Source: Phoronis australis
Taxonomy: Eukaryota; Animalia; Phoronida
Assembly (NCBI GenBank): GCA_002633005.1
Contig: NMRA01000164.1
Span: 307,442-371,441 of the forward strand
DNA length: 64,000 nucleotides
Direction: 5' to 3'
The position numbers and the translations under genes were made by a program. The notes beneath the pieces are model-generated. The model searched no databases. It was given only the letters and a program-made list of their open reading frames with translations, and was not told where the DNA came from. Position 1 is the stretch's first letter; every line of letters starts with the position of its first letter. Shown piece by piece: positions 10,974 through 23,580 of the stretch.

Positions 10974-11508
10974 TTAGGGTTATGTAGGTCCCCAGGAAAA
11001 TGTTGAAATTTGGCTTAAGTTTGGAACATCATATCTTAGAAGTGCTCGATTGTATTCAAATGGAGCTTTCACTTACTTCGCTTTATGCATATTTCTCCAA
11101 AACTATGCTAGGGATTGTATTCAAATTGTTCCATTTTTGCATGAGAATCTACCAAATCATGGGACTTGAGTGACTTTTATGAAAAAATCAAAACATTGCA
11201 CAAAACGAAATATTTTACAAAACTGCAACAACAGTGTATTTGAGATTTCATCTTGAACATTTATATCAAATGAAATTTAGTCAATTTACTGATACCGTTG
11301 TTTGCTATAAGTGTGCACTTCCTTTCTGCTACATTTGGCTAACAATGCATGGTCACCTGATCCAGTTAATGACAGATTGGTACGAAGTTAAAAATTAAAG
11401 TCTACAGACTTATAGAATCTGTATTTTTTAAAAAACTTAATTTCCATTGTTTTGTCAATATTTAGCTAAAAGCACAGATTTGTTGATCAGGTCCTAAATA
11501 ACCTTTAA
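10974..11508 (-). mobile_element. MITE family copy C
   Basis: Termini TTAG-GGTTATGTAGGTCC and GGTCCTAAATAACCT-TTAA. Reverse-oriented homolog of 2260-2708. Confidence 0.6.
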
Positions 11509-11992
11509 GTCACTAGAAATAACATTGTGGTGTTAAAAACTTCAACTTACTTCACAGAAGTATCTGCTCTTCCAAAGCAACTTAGTCGCATTCTTATCCT
11601 TTGTTTTGATTAGAGATTACTACATTTAATTGCTTGGAATCCTGACGGCCACACTGCCTTGGCAACTGAAACTAAGCTGCCGTGACAAGCAAAACAATGG
11701 GCCGGGTCTGAAGGAATATCGGACAGACAAAGAAATTTTCTGCTGAGAATTTATTTGAAGAGATTTGATTGGTCAATCACAGACGCAATTATATCCCACA
11801 GGAAAGCAAAGACAAAATGAGCCTCGACTAACTAATGACTACCAAACTTTTACCCGGGACTCAACACACGTGAGTCAATTTAGACTTAATTATTAAATTT
11901 CAAGCGATAAGAAGGGTCAATGTGATAGTCAGGTTTTGGAGTAAAATTTGACAGTCATGAGCCCTACAGGCTGCTGACTTAGTTACACTTAC

Positions 11993-14900
11993 CATCAGAG
12001 GCTGCCTGTAATCCCATAGCCCGCAACTGGGCCAGGTGAGGATGAGAGGACAAAGATGGCTGTTCCCAGTCCTTCTGTGAGCGGCTGGTCTCCAGCTGAC
12101 GTGCTATCACAGTGTCGTGCGGAGATACGCAGTCGATATCATTGTTGGACAAGTATTTTCTGACGGCGCTGACATGCTTCTGGGTGAACACGTGATCTTG
12201 GATGGTGTACCGGTGCGAGTAGGGAAACTTACAGAGTGTGCACTCCTCAGGGGGTCGTGGTGACTCCGGCTCTGTACCATACGTCTTCTGATAAGCAAGC
12301 TTGGCTTTCTTCTCTTTTGCCCGAGCATTCTGGAACCAGACCTGAACTACGCGTTTCTGAAGTCCGATCTCTTTTCCCAGGAGTTCACACTCGGCCATCG
12401 TGGGTGTTTTGTAGTCCTGGAAAATGTGTTTCATGATCTTGATCTGTACGTTCGTCATCTGCGTCCTATAGCGCTTTGGAGGCAGACGATGGGCCGAGCT
12501 CGGAGACGTGGGACTACTATTCATCATGCTGTCGCCATCTTCAGAGTTTATTTCCGACCTCGAATCTTCATAACTAGTTCGCGACGAGTTGAGATCATCA
12601 ACGCTGCGCTCACTGATGTCTGTCTTGGGTCCCTCCATGTGACCCTCTTCTATCTCAGTCTTGACTCTGATTGGCTTACTCAAGTCCAAAGGTGTTTCAA
12701 TTTGCTTTTCTGAGGATGCAGATGCAGCCGGCTTGTTTACTTGTTTTGATTTAGGCACATCCATCCGACCAGTGCCACTCAATTCTTCGAGGTATTTCTT
12801 TAGGGAGTCTTCGTAGATTTTCTTCAGCTGAGCTTGAACCGGGTCGTTCATTGAAGGCATTGGCGGTATGAACGGTAGGAATGGTTGCATAGCATACTGT
12901 GCTGCCATCAGCTTGTTCATGTCTAATCCCATTGCACCGGGTGACAGACCAGGGATACTGGGAGGAGCAGTTGGACTAGAAGAAGATCCCTCCTCTTGGG
13001 ATGCATCCGGAATGGAATCGATGTCCACAGCTCCTTTTGCCATTTCCTCAGGATGTTTCATTGCCAGATGTGACTCGAGAGCACTCCGGTTGCGGAACAA
13101 CGCTCGACAAAACGGACAACGTTTATGAATGAGCTGGGTGTGAGCACGGAACTGCCCCTTCCGTTCCCGTGCACGAGTGTTCTGAAACCAGACTTGAACA
13201 ACACGCTTCTTCAGACCAACCTCATCCGAGATCTTCTCCAGCTGTTTGCGGGTCGGGTTGGAGTCTTGCTGGTACTTCTGGTACAAAAAGTCCAACTGTT
13301 CTGGAAGAATTGTCGTCCGCAGACGTTTGTGCATCGACTCGTCACTGCGATCAAAGTCATCTTCATCTGAACCAGACAGAGGGCGCTTTGTTGGAGAATT
13401 CTGCTCAGTGGCTGTTTCTCCACCAGCAGCGCTCTTGGCAACATTTTGCAAAAGAGCAAAAGCACCATCTGGAGCCAAGTTGGGAAACAAACCTGGGTTC
13501 ATGGAGTGTACCTTCTGATGTTCTACCCACAAGTCATAGCGACTGAATGTGTAGTGACACCTGTCACAACAGTATGCTTGCATTTTCTCCCCAGACTTCT
13601 CTTTTTCAGCCTTGATTTCATTCGAAGGCCCGTCATCCATAGACTGATCTTGACTCGGAGAGGTCTCTTTTATGTCGTTTTTTTCATTGTTACCTTCACT
13701 TCCAACAGAGGAACCAGAATCCTCTTCTAGTTTGAATGGCAGAGGAATGTCTTCGTTCTGATAACAAGTCTTCTTCTGATGCTTGATCAAGTCATAGTAG
13801 CGCTGAAACACCGTCGCACATTTCTTGCACTGATAGTTCAAGCTTTGGGTGCGAGTATAACGTGAGCCGTCACCATTCTCTGGAGGCTGATTCTCGTAGA
13901 CTTTTCTGGCTTTCTGACGTGCATTCTGGAACCACACAACAATGACACGGGGATTCAAGCCAAGTAGTTTGGACAAGTGTTCTAGATCATCATCCTTAGG
14001 GTAGGCGTTCTGATCAAAGTAATCCTGAAGTGTTTTAATTTGGAAGTCGGTGAACCGGGTTCGATTTGCTCGTCGCATAGACCTGGCCATGAAGGCGTGG
14101 CTCTCCAGAACATCGCTCGCCCCAGACACAGGGGTGCTAGTTGAAGGAAAATTAGTATAGGACCCATATGGACTAAAAGGTGCCGTGGGAGTTGGAGGCA
14201 ATGAGTTAGCAGCTGAACTGGTCAATGACATATTGCTATCCTCATTGAGATCATCATCAACTGGACCTGAAGTCGATTCCAGCTTCTCCTTTTTGATCAC
14301 TGGCTGTTGTATCTGTTGCTGCTTCTCCTCTTCCGTTCTCTCATCCTCCTCAATTGGAGGTAATTTTCCCGTCTTCTGATACTCTTCCAAGTCAATCGAT
14401 GTTGAAGGCGGGTTGTCAAAGTTGTAGGGAGAGTCCTTGTTGCGCTGGCGTTCCTTGAACAATGTGTTGCGGAACCAGTGCTTGATGACCTTCTGCGGTA
14501 GGCCAGACTGCTCACTCATGGAGATGATTTGTTCTTCGCTTGGCGAGTTGTTGATATCAAAATGAGCTCTCAGGATCTTCAGTTGCTCATCATTGATACG
14601 TGTGCGAGCGCGTTTCTCACCACTAGATGCACTTGACTGCTGCTGCGACTGCTGAACTGGTGGCTGATGTTGATTGGTCAATGGCTTGGAATCTGCCGTG
14701 GAGAGTGATGGGCTCGGAAAAGGTGCAGGAGACACAGGTGGCAACATCATGGGGAACATTGGTGACTGTAGATTCATGGCCATCTGCATATTAGGAGGAT
14801 AGAACATTGGCATAATTCCCAACATAGACATCTGAAGCATCTGTGCTGCAGCCGCATCAAATGATGCTGACGTTGGAGTCGCAGGTGTGGCAGGCTCAGA

Positions 14901-16936
14901 CCGAGGCTCTGTAGCCGTCTCGGAGGACTGACTGGTGGCTATCGAGAGTTTGTTGGTTTTTTCTTGACGAACGGTGTCCTGTTCCCTGTCCTCATCCATG
15001 GTGATGAACTTCTTGTTGATGTCCTCAGCCACAATATGGCTGTAGTTCTCCACAATGCTAGGAGGTACAACATCGTTGTGCACTTCCTCTCTGTGGCACT
15101 TCAGCACCCAGATACTGGTGAACTTCTTGTGGCATATCGGACAGACGCACTTATTCATTTCTGGAATGCTCGTGTCGACCTCTTTCTCATCGACTTTCTC
15201 AACAGATTTCTCCTCTTTCTCTTCATCTTCAGCCGCTTCTCGTTTTCTCTTGCGTCTCTCTTCCAACAGCGCTTGGTTTAATTCGTTATACTGCATCACG
15301 CACTCAAAGCCGAAATTCTCCAATAGATTCTTCTGCACTTGTAGTTTACGGCTGGACAAATAGCGCGGCAATCTGGCAGCTGGCACACCCGGCGCAGAGA
15401 ACAGACAGTACAGCTGCTGGTGCTGCTGCAAAACTTCAGCAGACACAAACACAGAGTTGCAGCGATTGCACACGTGCATCGCTGAAGTTGTCTGCATTTT
15501 CTGGAACGCCTGCAGCTGTGCATCTACAGAACTGGAGAGCACCGATGTGCAAACAGGAGTGCCCGAGTCTGAGGAAGTTGTCGCTGTCCTTGAAGCTGAA
15601 ATAACAGATGGTGCTGACGATGATGGAGCTATTGGCTTGGATTGCTGATGTTGCGTTAACTGCATGGCAAGGCTCAATGGTGTAGACTTTTTCTGTTGTT
15701 CAGCCATGGTAATGGCTGACGCCATCATCTTTGTAGGGTGTTCAATGAGAGGCTGCGACAAGTCGATTTGGCCAGTAGATGCAAGCTCTTGAATCTTGGA
15801 AGCTCTGGACTGATGAAGGACCGATCGCATGTGAATGTCAAGTGTAGTGCTCTGGGCATAAGCCACCTTGCAGATGTGACATTTGTAGGGTTTGGCATCA
15901 GGACTCTGGGCTGCTGCTGGCACAAAAGTCGATGGTGATGTGATGCTTGTGGTAATAGGGTTCGAATTACTAGGCGTTGGTGAAGGAGAGCAGGTGTTAC
16001 TAGCTAGCAGCGAAACCTGGCGCTGTTTGTGAAGATGCGACACAGAGTTGAAATGTACAAGAAGGATGTTCTTCTGTGTGAACGATTCCTTACATGTGTC
16101 ACACTTGTAAGGTCGGTTGGGGTCGAGGTATTTCTCCATTGGGTAACTCAGTTTTTCACCCTTGCGATGCAGTAAGGTTCTGTTATGGGCTGACAAGTAG
16201 TTCTGCTTTGTGAAGGCCACTTTACATCGATGGCACTTGTATTTACGTGCAGGGTCATTGAAATTATCTTCTGCCATCGCCTGACTATTCATATAGTCCT
16301 CGAGAAACTGTTTCTCCTTGTACGTAGTTTCCGACTGGTCCACACTGCTGCCATCCGTTGACTCCTGACTGTGAGAGTCTTCATCTTTCGCTACTTTCAC
16401 GTCATCGATGTCCTCCACCGAATCTTCTACATTCTCTGCTGAGCCCAGCGAATCACATGGACTAGGGCCAAGCATCATAGCACGCACCTGCTCTATCTCT
16501 GCCTCAGTCATCGTCTCGAAGTGAGTGGCCTCATAGTGACGATGGAGAGCTGGTAACGAACGGAAACTACGCTCGCAGATGTTGCACTTGGTGGCGGCGC
16601 GGATCACGTGATACTGCGAGTGCATCTGTAACTTTTCCACCGTCTTGAATGCTAGACTGCACTGGCTGCAGCGGTATTTGTAAACGTGACGCTCTGACAC
16701 TGCCATCTGTTGGCGCTTGGCGTGGATTTCGCGGAAGTGCGTCTGCAGGGAGTCCGCTGTCTTGAAATACTGGTTGCAGCCCTTCTTCCAACAGAGGTAG
16801 CCAGGGCCACGTGGCGTTTGCTTCAACTCTAAGTGCCCCAGCTCATTCTGGTGAGCATACAAGCTGTCGATGGAGAGGAACGTTTTTGTACACATCTGAC
16901 ACCGGTACTGCTCGTCGCTTACCTCTGACATGCCTT
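11993..16936 (-). CDS. ZFHX3/4: ZFHX3/4-like coding exon 4 (4944 nt): four homeodomains and ~13 zinc fingers
   Basis: Acceptor TTTTTCCAG| at 16937 and donor ATG|GTAAGT at 11992. Homeodomains at ~14618-14439 (KRARTRINDEQL...VIKHWFRNTLFKERQRNKDSPYNF, the ZFHX3/4 HD1 signature), ~14075-13896, ~13331-13152 and ~12479-12300. PLDLS at 12678-12692. Confidence 0.96.
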
Positions 16937-17011
16937 CTGGAAAAAGAACACGACTGTTAGCGTGTTATCAGTGAACATGGAAACAGGTGAATTGCTTATT
17001 ACAAAACAGAG

Positions 17012-17135
17012 CAGGCAGTGTGGCCCAGTGGGATAACAGGCAGCTTCCTTTACTGAAGGTCGGGGATTGAACTCAATAGCAGCGATCAGCCGAGCATTGC
17101 CCAATATATGACAAAGGCATAAGTAGTTTGTTTGA
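17012..17135 (+). mobile_element. Degraded tRNA-derived SINE
   Basis: Pol III A-box-like TGGCCCAGTGG (~17021) and B-box-like GGATTGAACTC (~17065) at tRNA-like spacing, with a simple-repeat tail GTTTGTTTG. No intact cloverleaf. Confidence 0.45.
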
Positions 17136-17299
17136 ATACTTATTGAAACATGCACACATCCTTCTGCAATCCATTACTATTTCAAATGTGGAAAGGCCCA
17201 ATTGTCAATGGCAAGGTTTGAACTTATGGTCACCAAGTAAAGAAAGTGAGACTGCAGAAGCTCACACAGGCCCAAAAACCTGCAAGTTAAAAGGTAAAA

Positions 17300-17572
17300 C
17301 ACCAGCCTTGTCCCCAAGCCTCAAGCTGGCGCTATTCGGTTTGGCAATTGGAGGCTTGATGGGAAATACCTTCTACGCAATGATTGGCCACTGTCTTGAC
17401 GTCATAAAAACAAAGGCAGGCTTTAATTATTTTCACAGGTCTTTTACTGCAGAAAATAACTTTATAACTTTATATTACTTGTGATAAATGTGTCAGAATT
17501 CTGGCACATTTCATTTCCCATAACCAAGCCTCAAATGGCTAAACCGATCATAGGTTTGGGACAAGGCTTGAT
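17300..17572. mobile_element. MITE-like element with ~20-bp terminal inverted repeats
   Basis: AGCCTTGTCCCCAAGCCT at the left end and AGGTTTGGGACAAGGCT at the right end. Confidence 0.45.
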
Positions 17573-17671
17573 AAAACACAAGTTTAGAACAAAATATGGA
17601 TGCATAATCTCACTTTAAATTCAAGGTACGGTTAACAAATATGACAAGCATTTTGTTCAGAGCTTATTTAC

Positions 17672-17989
17672 CTTCAGCTTCATTGTCAACGTTCATCGCT
17701 TCCTCTTTGACTCGGCTCTCTGAATCGGAATCAGGAGTTAGCAGAGGTGAGGATGCCAATCCTTTGTTTGATGGGCTTTGGGTTTTATTGGTACCTTCAG
17801 CAATGGGATCCGTCTCAACCATCACTAGGAGGCGCTGCATTCCCTCGGCCGTGACCTTGTGTGAGCTAAACAAGTGTTTCTGCAGACCATCCTTTTCCGT
17901 GAAGCACTCCTGACACAAGGGGCAGGTCGATTGTGTGGAATTCTGGGATACAACATGACCACTGCGATTCTGGGGATGAGTATCAGCTC
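17672..17989 (-). CDS. ZFHX3/4: ZFHX3/4-like coding exon 3 (one C2H2 finger)
   Basis: Acceptor ATTCCAG| at 17990 and donor AAG|GTAAAT at 17671. 318 nt, phase 1-1. Encodes CPLCQECFTEKDGLQKHLFSSHKVTAEGMQRLL. Confidence 0.9.
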
Positions 17990-19547
17990 CTGGAATGATC
18001 ATAAATAAGTGGCCTGATCAAACTACTATACTTGTCCCTGTTAACGGCCAGGCTACACGAATTGTTGAATTGAAAGATCAAGGCGAGGGCATAAACCTGA
18101 GCATAGGTTGAAACAGACACTTTGTGAAAGAAGAGAGGCAGGCGTTCAACTGGATATGATTTTATGCCGAGAAAGTCGTACAAATGGCAGTTATGTCAGG
18201 AACAAAATTGAATATGCCTAAGTAAATATACAATTTGCAAGTCACATTTTGGGAGTTGAAATTCTGTATGATGGCCTTTACAAACCTGGGTGCTTTTAAG
18301 AACCAAGACCCAGCCACACAAAGAAGTTGTGGGTGTATAACTGAGCATGAAGTGACATCAACAACTATGTCACATTGAATGTGTTGAGTGGAAATAGATT
18401 TTTAATAGCATAGATGAAAATAACGATGTGTACAATGTGTACATCACTTGTGTATGATTGTGACTTTAAATAATATTGTGCTCAATTACTGCAATAAAAT
18501 GTCAAAACAATTTTTTGAAAAGCGTCCTTTGTAAATAAAAAGCAATGATCACTAATGTCGAATAACTGACTTAAAAAGTCTGAGTCAAAGCAAGTGACTC
18601 AATGCTGAAAAGAAGCACAAGCGCACTCTATGGGTATCAACAAACAACTATTTAGTTTGACCAAGATTTATCAATACATCAAAATCCTATGATAAAATCT
18701 CACCAATTTAGGACACAATATGGGCGACAAATTAAACTTTTTCTCATAAAATGCGAGTAAACACCAAATAGTTACTTTATCATTTCAATACGCCATATTA
18801 CAGTTACCATCAAACACACCGATTTTGAGTAGCCTTTTGTGGACATTCGCAACAATTAAAAAATGACAGTTCTGGTGATTATACTTGTCCGAAGTTGATG
18901 AGATTTTTCAGAATACAGTTAGACGTATATGTGCAAATGTAGGGTAAGGCACATATATAAGTATATGTATACATATATCCAAGTTTAATATACATATGAC
19001 TACCCAATATCTTGGTAAAAAACAACTAGATAACACATCAACATATAATTCTAACTCAGGTCACCCTGAGCTGAATACACAGTAGTCCATATTGCACATT
19101 AAGGACCTCTGTTGCCCTTGCTAATGCTATACTAAGTTTGCCACAGCCATAATTAACAAGCACCTATTTAGAAATATGATAGGACTCGTGACACAACTGC
19201 CATTACAAAAGTGCGTACATCCCACCTAGGCGTTAATGAGGAGGTTGTCACTTTTATTAAAATATTGATGCACCCCACATCTGTACGCCATTAAGGGCAC
19301 CTAATTAGACCCATTGTTTTAACATGTCTTTGGCTACAATAAATTGTATTACATGACTTGAAATAACAACTGGGGCTCTGACTGCATACTCTGACTAACC
19401 AAAAGGAAACTGTACGCCATGTTTGCCTTAATTAGTAGCTGCTTAAAGTTGTCTGACAGACCAAATTAACACAAACATATTACAAGTCTAAATACAGTCT
19501 GCACAAAGCACAGACAAATATAACAATCCATAACTATGTCCATTAGA

Positions 19548-19990
19548 TTAGGGTTACATAGGAACCTACAAAATGCCCAAATTTGGCTAAATTCTGAAAT
19601 GTCATATCTAATCGAGATGGCTGATCAGATTCATACGAAACATTCACATATTGTGCTTTATGAACTGTTCTACAAAACGCAGATAGGAAATGTTTTTAAA
19701 TTCATCCACTTTTGTATGACGAGGTATCAAAAAGTAGGACTTTTAAGATTTTTAGGGAAAAAAATGAAACTTGCATAACACAAACACAAAATAAATTGGA
19801 AAACCGTAGCAGTGTCATTTGAGATTTCAAACAGAATTTGGTCATGTGATTAATACCGTCATATTGCAACGACTATACACTTATTTTCTGCTAATTCTTA
19901 CTAAAAAGACGTGGTCATGTGATGCTATTAACAGCAGATTGCTAAAAAGTCTTAATCAAATTCTAAAGGCTTTAGGATTTCAGAAAATTT
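19548..19990 (-). mobile_element. MITE family copy D
   Basis: Starts TTAGGGTTACATAGGAACCTACAAAATG.CCAAATTTGGCT and is colinear with 10974 onward. Confidence 0.5.
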
Positions 19991-20399
19991 ATACTGTCAC
20001 TTAGAGTCTGTAGATACTTGTGTGAAAACACAGACTCAAGTGGGATAATCCTAAGGCAAACTACTTCTTACCATTTACTAACTAGGAATTAACAGGTTCC
20101 TAACATAAATCTTCCAAGCTTGGGAGTAGTTAACATATTCAGTGACTTACTTGGCTTAACTAACCATTTCCTCGTCCAAATCCCATTACAAGTAACTCTT
20201 CCCAGTTCTGGTATCTGACACAGATATACATTAAACAAACCCACCAACTAATTGCCTCATCTGGTAAAATGCACAATACTTTTATTAGTGTGAAACAGCA
20301 TTGTCTCACTGCAGGAAGCCTTCTGGTGAAACACACACTACTTCACAGGTGTGGAACTGCACAATCTAACTCCAGGATAGCTCTATTACCCATCAGCCA

Positions 20400-20620
20400 T
20401 GTGTCCTACCATCAACTCTGATACATGATCCACTTGCTCACAACCACCAGATGATTTCCAGCATGTGTTTAAGCCCCACACTTGGCTGGAGGTCTCCAAT
20501 ACATCACATGTTTGACAACTATACTGGCTGGGCGCATGTGGTTCAGTATATCTGTGCACACACATAGCAATGTGTTCAGCTGTCTGATCAGATCAGATCA
20601 TCAAAAGCCAAAGGCATCAA
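20400..20620 (+). mobile_element. Highly decayed LINE (RTE-like) remnant
   Basis: Frameshifted L-Y-W-L-G/H-V-V followed by a ..PK.. segment, resembling the RTE RL.WLGHV.RM...R.PK motif. Boundaries are uncertain. Confidence 0.3.
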
Positions 20621-22096
20621 TCGCATGTAGTCTGTGTGTGTTTTCACAACTGGTGAAGTCCTCAGAGGCATATCTCACAGGTAGCACAGACCAAAGTGTT
20701 GACAAGGTATAGAGACATGTTGTTGAGCTAATGTGAAGTGGCCGTTATGTAAGAGACTTAGGACACATTGCCAAAAATATTGTGTTACTTTACAACCACA
20801 CATGATTAACGTGAGGGTATTTAACACTGATACAAAATAGCAACAAAAACTAGGACGTTCACCAGTTTCAACGTGACCTACCAGTTTCCTCACTTAATAA
20901 AATATAGATATATCAATTAACACGCTTCCTTCCAAAGTGACGACCTACTTATAAACTAGAAAAAGTTAGCTCGGTTCCTTAAAAAAGAAATAAATTTCAA
21001 GAGCCTTTCAAAACGCAGTGATAATTTATTTCTAGAAGAGATAAAACATTGAATTGCATATAAAACTAATTTCTTACACAAATGATAGTAAATATGACTG
21101 CAAACACAAGATGACTTAACTCATCTCCTGTTTGGTGTAAACTTTTAAAGCTACTCTGGCACTTCATCTATAATTCTAATAGTTTGACCAGCCATTTTTT
21201 TCATATATGTCAATACCAGTAAAAACATTCTGTACTGCAACTCCACCTAGTGTTGAGGAAAGAGTACTAGTGCCATGGCCCACCAATGCTTGCACAAAAT
21301 TACAGTTAATTTAAAATGTCACTTGAGAATAGGTTAACATGAGCAGTGAGCCAAGGCGGCAATTAGGCCTCCTAATAGTGATACAGCTAAAAATACCATA
21401 ATGACATCCGTGCTATTACGTCTCGATTGCACTCTCTTTTAGTCCTATCCAGGCACGTTTAAAAAAAGTTCAAACAAATCCTAGGCTGTCCAGAGGCAGA
21501 GGATTTTCAAAGCGCAAAAATTAAGTAATAAAATTTTCTAATTTATTCAGTCGACAGTTTAAGTGGCGACAGATGCATATAATTAGTGTGAGAAAGGAAA
21601 CGACCTCTTAATAACACAAGTTATGGGTCAAATGCTGTGACACGCCACTCCTAAATTAATTACACTATTGGCACTGTCTCTTAAAGTTGAACAGTTGGAG
21701 CATGGACCACTAAGACCATGTCAAATGACAGACAATGACACATGAAATACATATGACCAGACATCAAGTGCTAATTCCATCAATGCACGGGGCAAAAAAG
21801 ATAGAGATAAATGGTTCAAGTTCACTTGTACCATAGATCCATAGTTAACGCTAAACAGTGATAAACCAACTCATAATTGCATATGAACGACACGGAACAG
21901 ATTAAATTCCCATACTTTTTTTACTAACTTAAGCACAAAAATAGCACATGTATAAAAGTGAGTCTAATATCAAGAATGTTTAAGTTAAAACTGAGTTTAT
22001 CTAATAAACAATCCATTGCAACTAATAACTTCTGTGTAAAATGTATACACCTGGAAACCACCAATCTTATCAGGTAGTGCCACCTGTGATCCTTAC

Positions 22097-22162
22097 CTGT
22101 GCTATCCTCATCATGATGTCCCTTGGGTGACAGGTTAGTCGTATCTTCTGCTATCTCATCAT
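22097..22162 (-). CDS. ZFHX3/4: ZFHX3/4-like coding exon 2 (66-nt acidic exon)
   Basis: Strong acceptor TTCTTCTCTCTTCTTAACAG| at 22163 and donor CAG|GTAAGG at 22096. Phase 1-1. Encodes DDEIAEDTTNLSPKGHHDEDST(G). Confidence 0.8.
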
Positions 22163-22860
22163 CTGTTAAGAAGAGAGAAGAATTAAAACAAGGAACAATG
22201 AATCTGACGAACAAACAACACACCACGAAAAACGTCACAGTCAACGAGTGCGCTAGACAACAAGTAATACCTTTTACCAAAAAATGAATCATTATTATTT
22301 CGGCAATAAAGGCCATAGCCCATCGTACAAAAACAGCATTTATATATTTAAAACATATTTAGCATTTATCTATTTATGCAACAAGTTCTCACTACCCTGA
22401 AAAGCTGAGAAGACATATTTACAAAGTTTAAAAAGTTGTTTAATATCAATTGGTATGAACATGGAAGGGTGCTTCCAGGAGCACAAGTCAACGAACCTTT
22501 CACTACGTTCAGTGTAAACATTAAAATTAAGAAGAAAATGGTATTCGTCCTCAATAATATTGGGACAGAAGGGCTAACTACAGACCCGTTTAAATTGTCA
22601 AGTATTAAACCAAACAAAGTTATCCAGGCATTGAGTCATTCAGGAGTCAGGGGCATTGTTAAGACAGGTACAGTCACAAGTTTTGTATAGTTTTATAAAG
22701 CAGAAATTTAAAACTTTTTCGGTGACAAATACAGCAAAATTATACAACAATCATGTTCAATTATAAATTTGTATATTAAACGAGAGTTTTACAATTTGTT
22801 TACTTAGTTACATGAAATACAATAGTGAAGGTTTTCTTCTTGCGCCCATAACCAAATCGT

Positions 22861-22925
22861 ACAAACAACACACAAACACACAAACAAACAGACACACACA
22901 AACACACACACACACACACACACAC
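22861..22925. repeat. (CA)n/(ACAA)n microsatellite
   Basis: Direct reading of the sequence. Confidence 0.9.
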
Positions 22926-23029
22926 TTAATTACATAAATAAACGAGACAGTACATAAAAGATAAAAGCCAACATCACAAACTGAGAAAGAACTGCAAATG
23001 ATTATAGATATGTGAGCTTGTTCTTTTGG

Positions 23030-23136
23030 CAATAGTCACTTAAAGGCGTCCCAGACTTTTGAGAACCAGTTTGATGCCTGTTAATAAGTTGATAAAACTG
23101 GTTCTCAAAATGTTGGAACCTTGTAAGTTGCTATTA
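23030..23136. mobile_element. ~105-bp foldback/MITE-like inverted repeat
   Basis: Perfect 16-bp IR TTTTGAGAACCAGTTT / AAACTGGTTCTCAAAA, with imperfect outer arms (AATAGTCACTTAAAGG / CCTTGTAAGTTGCTATT). Confidence 0.6.
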
Positions 23137-23484
23137 CCTGTTTTCTGCATTAAAAACTAAACTTAAAGTAAAATAGGGAAGCACATAGTATACCTGAAGT
23201 AACCTGTGATACCACGATAGAGTAAACAATGTTTCTCAACACAGAGTTCACCCAAGACACCACCTGATTTGTGCACCTTATCTAGCTCATTCCGATATTT
23301 CTTATTGTAAACAATTTCCAACAACATAGCAAATCAAAAACTACGCCATTTTCTAAGCTGTAGCTGAAAATTTAATTTTTCTATATTATACAGCCATGAG
23401 TATGGTCGGTTTTCAGACAAAATGACCCAGAACTCCCTATCACGAAAACGCTGTATTCATCGTCAAAGTAGCCTTCCGTCATGA

Positions 23485-23580
23485 TCAAGAATGAAGTGAT
23501 GTATTTAGAATTTTGCTGCCACCTTAGTCATATCCAGTCATTTTTGCTGTAAACAGAATTAGTCATCAAGACAGCCAACA
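23485..23580 (+). repeat. Interspersed repeat fragment shared with ~56400-56540
   Basis: CAAGAATGAAG...TTAGAATTTTGCTGCC...CCAGTCATTTTTGCTGT.AACAGAA occurs in both places. Confidence 0.55.

Noticed and set aside
12107-16791. Many short antisense or alternate-frame ORFs inside the large ZFHX exon (also at 8024-8493 and 33659-36533)
   Set aside because: Shadow ORFs of a GC-richer coding sequence, with no motifs or independent gene structure.
17012-17090. Possible tRNA gene
   Set aside because: A/B boxes are degenerate and no cloverleaf forms; better explained as a SINE head.
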